This document shows positions 10,925 to 20,000 of a stretch of DNA of 20,000 nt, in pieces. Within the stretch, counting starts at the first letter, position 1. Every line of letters begins with the position of its first letter. A program made the translations under genes and the position numbers. Source of the stretch: Spongospora subterranea f. sp. subterranea (lineage: Eukaryota); contig JAUGWO010000121.1 of the NCBI GenBank assembly GCA_049724395.1, positions 119,890 through 139,889 of the forward strand, given 5' to 3'. The notes under the pieces are model-generated. The model ran no database searches. It saw only the letters and a program-made list of their open reading frames with translations, and was not told where the DNA came from.

Positions 10925-12549
10925 AAATCACGAGGCTGTTTTATGTGGTACTTACCGGCGTGTCTCGTTGTGTTTTTTAACACACATTTAGATCATCCAT
11001 GATATATCAACTTTACCTTTGCCGAACGGTTTTTTTATCTCCAAAGTCGAAGGTTCCAACCGGATTTCGATTGCAGTTTTGGTTATGAGTTTAAAATTCG
11101 TTAGAGCGTTGCCGTTGAACTCCACAGCATTGGGTGTGATTAGGGAGAATACTGATCAGGTATATCACAACTGACCCTCCTGCTGTTATAACGCCAGTCT
11201 GATCCCGTTTAAATTCAGATTTTGATTACCCGAACAATTAGTATTCTCTTCCGCAGCTTCCAACATTCGCTGACGACTTTACCGACATTGGGCGGCACTC
11301 GCATATAGGGATGCCCCCAATTGATATATAAAGATGGCAATAATTAATCTTGGAATATATACTGTAAAATCCAAACAAATACTGGTGAAAGTGGTTCTAA
11401 AGTGTCAATACAATCTCAAAAGGTATAATAGTGCTAATGAAATCGAGGCAGGGACTCCAATCAGGTACATTGTTGGCAAGAGGGCAGAAAGAGTGAAGAG
11501 AGACAGGAGAGCAGAGGACCGAAGGCACACTAGCTGCAAAAACCAACATAACGAACTTTCTCTGATAGAACGAAAACTGATTTATTTGGTATTTGGTGTT
11601 GAAGAAAAAGTATCGTTACCAACAATTGCGACTGCAATAATGACCAAGAACCTGTGGAAGGGATTTGGTTCAACCGATCCAACACGATTTTGTACAAAAA
11701 CAGATACGAATAATCTTGGCCAGATTCAAGATTAACTACAATGCGACTTGTTCGATTATATATTCGCTTAACAAACGCCGCAGTTGTCCAGGATTTTGAT
11801 AATATCTCATATCCTTTAATAAGGCACTCTAGACGATCCTGCTGAGTAATTATGATCTTATGGTCATTTCCCTCCCAGTGAATATTTGTTTCGGGATTCA
11901 CTTGACTGCAATATTTCAATAGGAGTTCAAATGTGATGAACGGGCCACATCTCATGTGCTCCAATACACCCAAAAGCTCTGCAATTTCCATCTTGAGTAT
12001 CTGTGGATAGGCGGTGGGTTGATGACCTATTGTCCCAAAGTATTTGAGTATTTCCTGAAGTAGTTTAGCGAGGTGATATTTGCGACAGATTGTGATCAAA
12101 TCCGGAACATTTGATGGGAGCGTCACGAACCGCTTTACCAGGGCAAATTCGCATTGCTCTTTAACTTTATCGCTCATCATGAAGTTGGCGATTATAAGAA
12201 TTAAAAGCACATCTTGGATAGACTGATACTCAGATGGGTTTACTAGACCGTAAACTGTTCGAAGGAAAAGGTCGAACAGCCGATTGGCCTCACCAGGTGA
12301 AAGGTTCACAGATCCAAATGACTCTGGTATTGACATATCCGGTAATACAATATCACATATTGATCGTGATCCCGAACAGTTATCGTTATTATCATCGAGC
12401 CATTTCACATATTGTTCGATCATTGAGCAGGCGGGCATCATCACCGCTTTGTGAACATAGAACTCGACCTTCGATAATTTAAGAACTAAATCACTCACTG
12501 ATTCGTTATTAAATACCGCCTCTAATGCTGATTTCATTATGGTCGTCAT
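10925..12549. repeat. Older, diverged duplicate of 7955-9763 (BTB gene plus its downstream region)
   Basis: Collinear similarity blocks: 10931-10967 vs 7961/17187-17221 (gaggctgttttatgtg..cgtgtc); 11147-11200 vs 8411-8467 (actgatcaggtat..ctgctgtta); 11389-11466 vs 8536-8604 (aagtggttcta..atacaatct..gaggcag..actcca). Confidence 0.75.
11530..12549 (-). CDS. BTB/POZ-BACK domain protein, copy C (339 aa, intronless)
   Basis: Open ORF with the BTB motif (VFNNESVSDLVLKLSKVEFYVHKAVMMPACSMIEQY..LFDLFLRTVY..VKEQCE), a BACK-like segment, and a C-terminal region homologous to copies A and B (QDRLECLIKGYEILS..W). Confidence 0.87.
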   Translation of the reverse strand: MTTIMKSALEAVFNNESVSDLVLKLSKVEFYVHKAVMMPACSMIEQYVKWLDDNNDNCSGSRSICDIVLPDMSIPESFGSVNLSPGEANRLFDLFLRTVYGLVNPSEYQSIQDVLLILIIANFMMSDKVKEQCEFALVKRFVTLPSNVPDLITICRKYHLAKLLQEILKYFGTIGHQPTAYPQILKMEIAELLGVLEHMRCGPFITFELLLKYCSQVNPETNIHWEGNDHKIIITQQDRLECLIKGYEILSKSWTTAAFVKRIYNRTSRIVVNLESGQDYSYLFLYKIVLDRLNQIPSTGSWSLLQSQLLVTILFLQHQIPNKSVFVLSEKVRYVGFCS

Positions 12550-13235
12550 TTCAAAAAGCCAAACAATTTTTGTCCGATCCGGAGTTCAAAAACGCTGAAT
12601 GATCTTCGGCCGCTGAATACCTATATTCAAACCACATTGTCAATAATATTCACCTACTGTTTCAGCCGCTTCAACTCAATTTTGGGTCATTTTTGGCTCC
12701 AAGGAAACCCTGTTGGTAAAGATTCAAATTCTATATCTGACGTTATCATCATTATATTTTGCCTTATGGAGGTGCCGACCAACGTAAACAGTTAAGACTA
12801 TTGGTTTTCACGTGCGATTTCTCTGAGACAGCAGGCTCTGGTTTCGGTATTTCTTGGCTTAAACACTGCAATATCGTGACTGATGAAAACAGCTAACTCG
12901 AGCGTTCTTGCTGGTGCTGTTCAGTACACTAAAAGAACATTGTCGCGAGTATGTCGCAATAGCGCCTTCGTCCAGCCTGAAAAACGCGAGGAATATTAAA
13001 AGTCGGTTCGCCAACTGCAATACGTAGAGTGGAGACCGTCACTAGTGAACTCAATTGCACTTCGTCCATGGCTAATTCTTTTATCCTTGAATGTCGATGC
13101 AGACCGAATGCTCGCGTCAGCGAATCAGTCGGTATAAAGCAACAAATCTTATCAAAACAAGTAAATGTGCACAGGAATGTGTTAGAGGCGTTTTTCAGTC
13201 CACTGCTTAAAAATAAAAAACTCTCCATAGCGGAG

Positions 13236-13785
13236 TGTGTTGACTAGTTTTATTGATATTCGGTGTTGGTGGAAACGGATTATAAGTTGGGCCTTGGGAG
13301 GTTGTCACAGCATTATCATCGACCAGCGTCGAGAAATGAACAGTCCTTCGATGATGGGGTGTTCTCCTGCCACAGATTTGATCGTGGGGCGCAACAAGCG
13401 TGTTAGGCGTCCTCCAGGGTTCCTGAACCTACACAGCCAAGATCGCCCCCGACATGGATGAACTTTCACACTTTCTTCCTACACGATGAGGTCACAATTC
13501 GCGAACACGTGCGATATGTATATTGCATTGGAAGATTGTTGAATGCGGCTGATATCGATCATCTTAGTTAAGTCTTCGGCTGATCCAATATGAGGAGCAC
13601 AACAAGGAGCACCTTTGTTTGGTGCACAAGAGTACTGCAAACACTGTGTGCTACACGACGTCTGCACGCGAGAGTTAAACACTCGCGGTCGACAAACAGA
13701 CGCCTCAAAGAGTTCTGATTTTATTACCTAATAGGATCACACAGCCGTACCCGAATTATCCGGCAGCTAATACACTTTCCCCTTT
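13236..13785 (-). repeat. Putative polypurine tract and 3' LTR of the adjacent gypsy element
   Basis: On the minus strand, PPT aaaggggaaag (13775-13785) directly follows the chromodomain and abuts TGTA at 13774. The segment ends ..aataaaactagtcaacaCA at 13236. A second PPT-like aggaagaaag|TGTG junction lies at 13480-13470. No partner LTR is in the window, so boundaries are unverified. Confidence 0.5.
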
Positions 13786-15625
13786 AAACGACAATGAAAG
13801 AAAAACGCTTGAACCAAACCTGGGACATCTTCGGCGATGATGTCGTGCGGTTCCCAAGTAGCGTCGGAAACTTCAAAACCAAAATATATTTGAAAAGATG
13901 CCAGCACTTCGGCGGCTGTTTGCTGATAAACAGATAGTCGTAGTGGATGACTTTGTTCGGTGAATCACATTTCCGAACAGACGCGGAATAATTTTACCTT
14001 TCACGCGAAGACAGTGTAAACAGTGCAGAACAAAATCGTTCACTGTCGACTTGATATTTGGCCACCAGAAATACTCAGCGATTGTGGCAAGCGTGGCGTC
14101 GGGAACATGATGAGGTGAAAGTCCCATATGGGCGATAACACAATGCGGATCTGCAAAGGCTCTGTAGGAATCCCAATGTGATGGTCGCGGGTCTTCCACG
14201 CCAAATCAGTCGCGTCGATGACCAGTTCGATGTCGTCTTTCAAGATGAAAACACGGCCATCGTGTGAGCGATTTGAATAATGAATAAAATCTGACTGGGT
14301 TCTAACGATTTCAGTAAGCGTTGGCCATACAAAAGACTCGCGGAATTGGTAATCGTCGAACCAGACGCGGAGACGCTTGACTTTGATGATTGCGTCGTCG
14401 CCGTTCGGTTTGACGGGGACGCCCAATCGGGTCTCAAGATCAGCTCAGACGTTGACTTCTCCAGCCGTGTGCTAGATGTCGAAATTATATTGAGAGATGT
14501 GCTTGTCCCATCGGGTGAGGCGGTCCTCCGAGTGACGGGAAATTGAAGATGTTGGTGATGTTGGGTCGAGGATGTTGACCAAGTTACGATGATCAGTAAA
14601 TATTGTAAATGAGTGCTGGGTCTGGAGGAAATTTCAAACGATGGGCCCCTTCATCGATGGGAATCCCTCTTTCTCTATCGTTGCCCAGCGCGGTTGACTT
14701 CCCTTAAACGAGCCACTGATGAAGGCCAATGGTTCATGTTGTTGTTTTCGAAAAGTTTTTGCCTCTGTCGGTCAGGGGATCTGTGTAAGGAAAACTGACC
14801 AGAAACCGTTCGAAGCATCAGGAGAGAAGCATAGTCTCCAGTCGTCCTTTATGTGGGCCATTGGTTATCCACTTGGTGAGAACTTGTTCAAAATCGTAAA
14901 AACGTTTGGCATGTTCAGACGTCCACCCTCCTTGATGGACGAGATTGACGCGTCCAATTGTGTTTGCTTGAATGAATCGACAATTTTGGCGCAGCGGACT
15001 AGTAGTTTCTGCAAAGGATAGATCAAATGGGCATAACGTGGTATATTCCCTCGTATTCAGTTGGTGGAGCACATGAACTGCTGTAAATCCGCTGCAGTAG
15101 TCGGGACGTTAAGAGTTGCTAATGCGGATACCATATCTGGGTCGAATGACGTCCCTTCAGCTGAAAAATAACGCGACTGCACCATTTTACTGTGTTCTTA
15201 TAGAGATGACATCGATTCGGATTGAGTTTGATGCCGAAGGGAGCCAAAAGGCCAAGAAGCGTGTTGAGCAAATGAAAATAATCATTGATGTTTTGGGCAT
15301 AACCCAACAGGTCATCAACCCACAATAAGTCATCATTATACAGGAGATCGCCTAAAACCTCTTGAATTCCCGCTTGGAACGCGAAAACGACGACGACCAA
15401 TCCTTGAGTGATTGGTCGTGGCGTGTAGACTGCTTCATGGGTCATGAAATAACAGCGTTCCTGCGATTCGGGATGTAGGGGAACTGCCAGTAGCCTCTGA
15501 AGGCGCCCAGCAATATATAAATCGATGTGTTGTATCTATATGTGGGATCGGCCAAATTGTTCGTTCTGATCGGCTGTTCACATCTTTAGAATCGATGCAT
15601 AGACGATGACCACGAACGGACGTGG
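13786..15625 (-). mobile_element. Degenerate Ty3/gypsy pol (RT with WVDD, RNase H, integrase zinc finger, chromodomain; integrase core deleted)
   Basis: HRLCIDSKDVN..WPIP; AFRGYWQFP..FMTHEAVYTP..LLWVDDLLGYA..IKLNPNRC; DASNGFWSVFLTQ..HEPLAFISGSFKGSQPRWATIEKE..FTIFTDHRNLV; IAHMGLSPH..YFWWPNIKSTVNDFVLHCLHC; GFEVSDATWEPHDIIAEDVPGLVQAF. Confidence 0.93.
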
Positions 15626-15629
15626 AAAT

Positions 15630-16450
15630 TACACCAAAAGGTGTGTATTACAAGATGTATTGTTTGAATTTAGCGTCAAAATTGGAATTTAGGATCTGAA
15701 ATATTGAACATCAGAAGTTTTTAGCTGTTGCTAGTGCTGTTTACTGTGAAGAAAGAGCTTTACGTGAAGGTTTGCATTTTATACGAATTATTTTAATTTG
15801 GAACGTATGGAGGTAGATGGTGAAAACATTTACATGGTGGTGAAGGATGGTTTTGGCAAAAGACACGTGTATTGATGGTGATTATACCTGTATTAAAAAT
15901 GCTGGAAGACGTAAATAAATACAACCGGAAGAGATATTAAAATGGTATTATGATGACATTGACGGGTAGGATTTACGCGCCAGCGGTAGGAATATACCGG
16001 GGCACAAAAGGCACAAAATTGGGAGTAGTATGTTGAACCACAATACTTCAGTGCCTTTTTGTGGTTTAGAGTCTAGTTAAGGCAGAGGAAAGTGGTCGGA
16101 GGGACTGGGAGACGTATCAGGAGAGATTCGAGAATGCTGGAAGGAATCAACTCAGTTAATCATGTACAGCGCTTGTAGGTTCTTGGTGGCGAGTTGCCGG
16201 TTCCCGCACGTGAAGGAGACGGATTCATCGGTGAGTAAGTTTTTGAACGATGGTGACAATAGGGTTTAGCCGTGTGAATGCAACGTGCATATCCACCAAG
16301 GACGCGTTTGGATGATTGCACATGGGTATTATAATATTGGAGAAGCAAAACGAGCGAATATGAGTTTAGTGCGACAGGTATTTTGGAACTGAGAAGGAGT
16401 CTCTAGGGTTGAAAGTATCCGAGTGAATTTGCAGGAGAGTAAGCAGCGCC
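15630..16450 (+). other. G-skewed, decayed coding-like segment of unknown origin
   Basis: Hand count for 15781-15960 is about 44 G vs 15 C. Plus-strand runs look protein-like (YFNLERMEVDGENIYMVVKDGFGKRHVY; EEILKWYYDDIDG; VKAEESGRRDWETYQERFENAGRNQL) but are broken by stops. No family recognised. Confidence 0.35.
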
Positions 16451-17144
16451 AGAGAAACAACGAATGGATTGATACAGTATCGGTTTATCGCAAAGATCAC
16501 CTCCCTAAATTGCTTCAAAAAACGCTTAACATGTTGGGACAATAGCACATCAACCCACAGATAATGAAGAAATTAATTTATTGGAGGTTGAAGGACTATT
16601 GGAAGTGTTAAAGTATTTCGTCGGCGACTCATCCATCATTTTCGAACTCCTATTGAAATATTGCAGTCAAGTAAATCGACCAAGGGATATTCACCATCAG
16701 GGAAATGATGACAAGATCATTATTATCACTCGACAGGATCGACTGGAATGTCTTATTAAAGGATATGAAATATTATCGACATACTGGGCAACTTGGGCCG
16801 TTATCGACCATATTTATAATCGTACAAATCTCACTGTAATTAATGGTTCATCTGGTCAAGATTATTCGAATTATCAAATTCGTTCGGATCGAATGAGAAA
16901 AATTCCTCGAAATTTTAGCCTTACTCTTGACGATGATTATCGCCACGGTTTCGCCTTTTATTTTGAAATGTTGTGAATTATATATCGAGTTTATATACCA
17001 ATAGTTCCATATACTGTAGATCTCTTTAATTACTTGACTATTCATTTCAATACTCAATGGGGGGAAGATATAAAACTGGTGCAGTCAACGAACAGGGAAT
17101 TTAAAGAGATAGTACACGGTGTCATCATCACCAGAAATCATTGA
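16451..17144 (+). pseudogene. BTB-BACK gene copy D (5'-truncated duplicate of copy A, BTB domain lost)
   Basis: Near-identical to 7211-7909, carries the same frameshift (aacatgttgggacaatag) and includes ORF 16581-16976. Confidence 0.85.
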
Positions 17145-17788
17145 CAATCGAATAATGAGCTGGTAAAGATGATTATGGTTTCAATTGAGGCTGTTTTATG
17201 TGATACTGATCGACGTGTCCCTGAACATTTTGAAGTCAACTAAACCGGATTCCGGAAGCACTTTTTGATTATGATTAGTTTCCAAACTTCGTGGAGTTGT
17301 GGAAGCAATATGAGATTACTGATCAGGTATTTCACAAGTGCCTTCTTGCTGTTAAAACGCCGGTCTGTCTTGTCTTCAACTTTTGTTGATTTGCACATGA
17401 GTTATAGCACTCGCTAACGAGTATATTGACCATATAAGTGGTTCTAGAGTATTAATACAATCTGAAAAGGTGATGAAATTGAGGCAGCCACTCGAGATCA
17501 GGTCAATATGTGTATCGGTCATGGTATACGATTCCCTAATCGGTGCACATCGTTCACCCCATTCCTCTCCATTACTAGACCCACGTAATGGTTCAAAGGG
17601 GGACACTCTCCTGAATATGATCCAATGGCCATTTCACATCAGATATTCAAATCTTCCAATTGCACTTCAATATCATTCAATACGATATTAATGGTGAACT
17701 ACTTTGTTAGGTCAATGATGTCGCCCATAATTTTATTCGCTGTCAGATGCAAAAGAACATAAGTAACTTAATAGGGAAACAAAGGCGA

Positions 17789-18661
17789 TTAACGGCCAAT
17801 TATGCTCATTCGAGCTGATACAATCTTGAATAATACTATATGATCGTAGTTGTTGACAGGATCAATCTGAACTGCTATTTGAGTTGTCTTCTTATATATG
17901 GAATTGATAATCGCCCAGGTTGTCCAGAATTTAGATAATATCTGATACCCTTTGATAAGACATTTCAGGAAGATCCCCTGAGTAATGATCACATTGAATT
18001 TCTTGCCCGTCCAGATAATATCCTCTCCTGGATGTATTTCACAGCAATATTTCAATAGAATGTGGAATGCGGATGAGCTGTCGTTCATGTACTTCAATAC
18101 ATCCAACAGTTCTTCAATCTCCAACTTGTTATAGGAGATGGGATAATGTGCAATTGTCCCAACATATTTAAGTGCTTCTTGAAGTACTTTCAGGGAGGTG
18201 GTAATCACGACAAAAGGTGATCACATTAATCACAGTCTCTGGGGCCATCCCGAACCCTTTCTTCAGCTCCAGTTCGCATTGGTCTTTCACTGTATTGTTC
18301 ATCATGAAATTGGCGATTACAACAACTGAGATCACATCTTGATTAAACTTATATTCCGATGGCTTTACTAAACAATAAACCGTTCGAAGGAACAGATCAA
18401 ACAGCCGATGGGAATCTTCAGGGGGTAAAAGAGATTCATATCCTTTGACATATCCGGCAATACAATATCACATATTGATCGTGATCCCGAACAGTTATCG
18501 TTATGATCCTGGGGCCATTTAATATATTGTTTGATCATTGAGCAGGAGGGCATCATCACTGCTTTATGAACATAGAACTTGACGTCAACTAAACTAAGAA
18601 CCAAATCACTCGATGATTCGTTATTGTATAGGGCCTGTACGACTGATTCAATACAGTCCAT
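17789..18661 (-). pseudogene. BTB/POZ-BACK gene copy E (frameshifted duplicate of copy B)
   Basis: ORFs 18368-18682 and 17789-18208 match copy B. There is a 1-nt deletion near 18440 (ttcatatcc vs ttcataatcc) and a 1-nt insertion near 18191 (actttcaggg vs actttaggg). Confidence 0.85.
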
Positions 18662-18844
18662 ATCCGAATCACTACTAGCCAAAGTCTTGGCTGGTTTGAG
18701 TATACCTATCTCCTATCCGGGTCTTCTTGGCCGATTAGCGGTAATCGGTCCGAAAATCGCCGCTCGAAATGGATTTTTTTTACCAATGAATTAGCCTAGC
18801 TCTGAATATCAAAATATTTCATCGTTTCCATCAAACTCGTCGTG

Positions 18845-19360
18845 ATGAGTGGGTTGAAGACGTTTTTATTTTATCAAACAAAAGAGAGACATAGTGCGAC
18901 AGCCTTTTTAGCTTCCAAATCGGGTTAAACCAACAGCCAGCGATTATGGCATTTCTCCAGCTCAAATCCGCCGATGGCAAAGGAAGATGTTTTTGCAGAT
19001 TGCGGCAATGCAGAGGTTCAGACCATTCTGCATTACATTGAACAGATCGTCAAACCGTGGATTAAGGCCCATGATGGGCAATTGGGCTACCTGCAACTGG
19101 ATCATTTTAAATGTCTCATAATGAGATCCGATCGCAATGCAGCCAACCGAATATGGACCTCAGATTAATAATCACTCGGCAAGAGTGGAAATCCTTGACG
19201 TTGGCATAAAAATACCACTTTGCAGCAGCGGTCAAAAGTCTATGCAAATTGCTGCCAACGCACGAACGTCTGAATAAGGCCGAGCCGAGCCGATGGGTCA
19301 TGACAGAATGTGTCCTCATTCACAGCAGAGGCTATTCAAAACACAATCTAAAACACATTG
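18845..19360 (+). mobile_element. pogo-type transposase relic, duplicate of 9964-10590
   Basis: RRFYFIKQKRDIVRQ..VKPTASDYGISPAQIRRW; HYIEQIVKPW..YLQLDHFKC; ILDVGIK. Confidence 0.8.
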
Positions 19361-19694
19361 AGTCGCCTCTAACAACAATGGTTGATTTATTCGAACACTA
19401 CAATCTCGTTAACCGACAAGCAATCGAATGAAGTTTAGTGATGGCGCCAAACCTTTCGTCAGGGGTAATTGGTAAACTCAGTGCAAACATGTTCTGGAAG
19501 GGTGCTATGACAAAGGCGCTTAGACAATATATTTCGAAAGATGGTAGATCCCTTCTTGAATCGCCAAACGATTTTGAAAGTGAATACACATCATGTAATT
19601 GATGGGAGAATTATCGCCCAATAATCACAAATAAGGTTATTAAAATGTGGTTAGACTAGATGGTTTATGTGGTACAACTTACCGGCGTGTGTCC

Positions 19695-20000
19695 CTGGCC
19701 GCAGAACTTCGCTCTTTGCGTGAACAGATCGCACTTCTTCAAGTTTAACTTAATGTTACGCTCAGAAGCGAGTCGTAACGTTTCTTCTAAGATGCGAAAC
19801 CAGTTGTGAAAACGAGTCCGCGTGTCCCAAGATGTCGTCTATCTATTTGATCAAGGTTTTGAAAATCTTTTGCATCCGCGACGGGAATTGAGTATGGGCA
19901 ATCAGGGCTCCCTAATGCATTTTGCCTACTGAATACCCCCTCTGGCTGTCATAAAGGAAAACATCTCACGACATTCGTCAGCTAAAGGCATTATCCAAAA
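19695..20000 (-). mobile_element. Ty3/gypsy reverse transcriptase fragment (WxDD type), runs off the window edge
   Basis: Manual minus-strand translation: FWIMPLADECREMFSFMTARG..K*IDDILGHADSF..RILEETLRLASERNIKLNLKKCDLFTQRAKFCG. It is diverged from the RT at 15119-15500. Confidence 0.85.

Larger units (their letters stand above)
7211..10965 (+). repeat. Segmental duplication, copy 1 (direct repeat of 16451-19692)
   Basis: Long near-identical collinear stretches, e.g. 7261-7900 vs 16501-17135, 8891-9763 vs 17789-18661 and 10030-10290 vs 18910-19170. Duplicated ORFs in the track (MSPFEPLRGSS.., MEVxxLLEVLKYFVGD..). Confidence 0.93.
16451..19692 (+). repeat. Segmental duplication, copy 2 (direct repeat of 7211-10965)
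   Basis: Collinear with copy 1 apart from indels (lacks 7986-8308 and ~10296-10389). It ends at ttatgtggtacaacttaccggcgtgt, where a gypsy RT fragment begins. Confidence 0.93.

Noticed and set aside
9900..10965. Idea that the pogo element mobilised the BTB gene as cargo
   Set aside because: No terminal inverted repeats or TA target duplications were found at the relic or at the duplication ends.
11334..11735. 133-aa plus-strand ORF, and similar antisense ORFs at 6852-7100 and 12234-12482
   Set aside because: They overlap BTB genes on the opposite strand. Their mutual similarity simply reflects the BTB paralogy.
12929..13247. Overlapping 99-aa and 72-aa ORFs
   Set aside because: No recognisable domain or supporting splice structure, and nothing distinguishes them from chance ORFs.
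1..20000. Prokaryotic systems (CRISPR arrays, retrons, diversity-generating retroelements), suggested by RT genes near repeated variable genes
   Set aside because: The RTs are Ty3/gypsy type, the DNA has spliceosomal introns, there is no repeat-spacer array, and paralog differences are not adenine-specific as in DGR template/variable repeats.

Overview
Eukaryotic genomic DNA from an organism with short GT-AG introns. The lineage cannot be fixed from sequence alone (microbial eukaryote, fungus or protist). There is one clearly intact housekeeping gene, an 8-exon RMT2 (ankyrin repeats plus type IV arginine methyltransferase, 3665-5350). It is surrounded by decayed Ty3/gypsy chromovirus-like retrotransposon pieces and pogo-type transposase relics. 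The dominant feature is a local birth-and-death array of intronless BTB/POZ-BACK genes: five copies plus one short relic, in both orientations. The array was built by an older duplication and a recent ~3.2-3.7 kb segmental duplication, with gene-conversion-like homogenisation of the BTB domain and divergent C-termini. Comparing duplicates reveals a poly(A)-tailed retro-insertion with TSDs, a 77-bp TG..CA mini-LTR, a microhomology deletion in an integrase, and a probable ~3.4 kb inversion that split one gypsy element. A strongly G-skewed, decayed coding-like segment of unknown origin is also present. All alignments were done by eye; no database searches were run.
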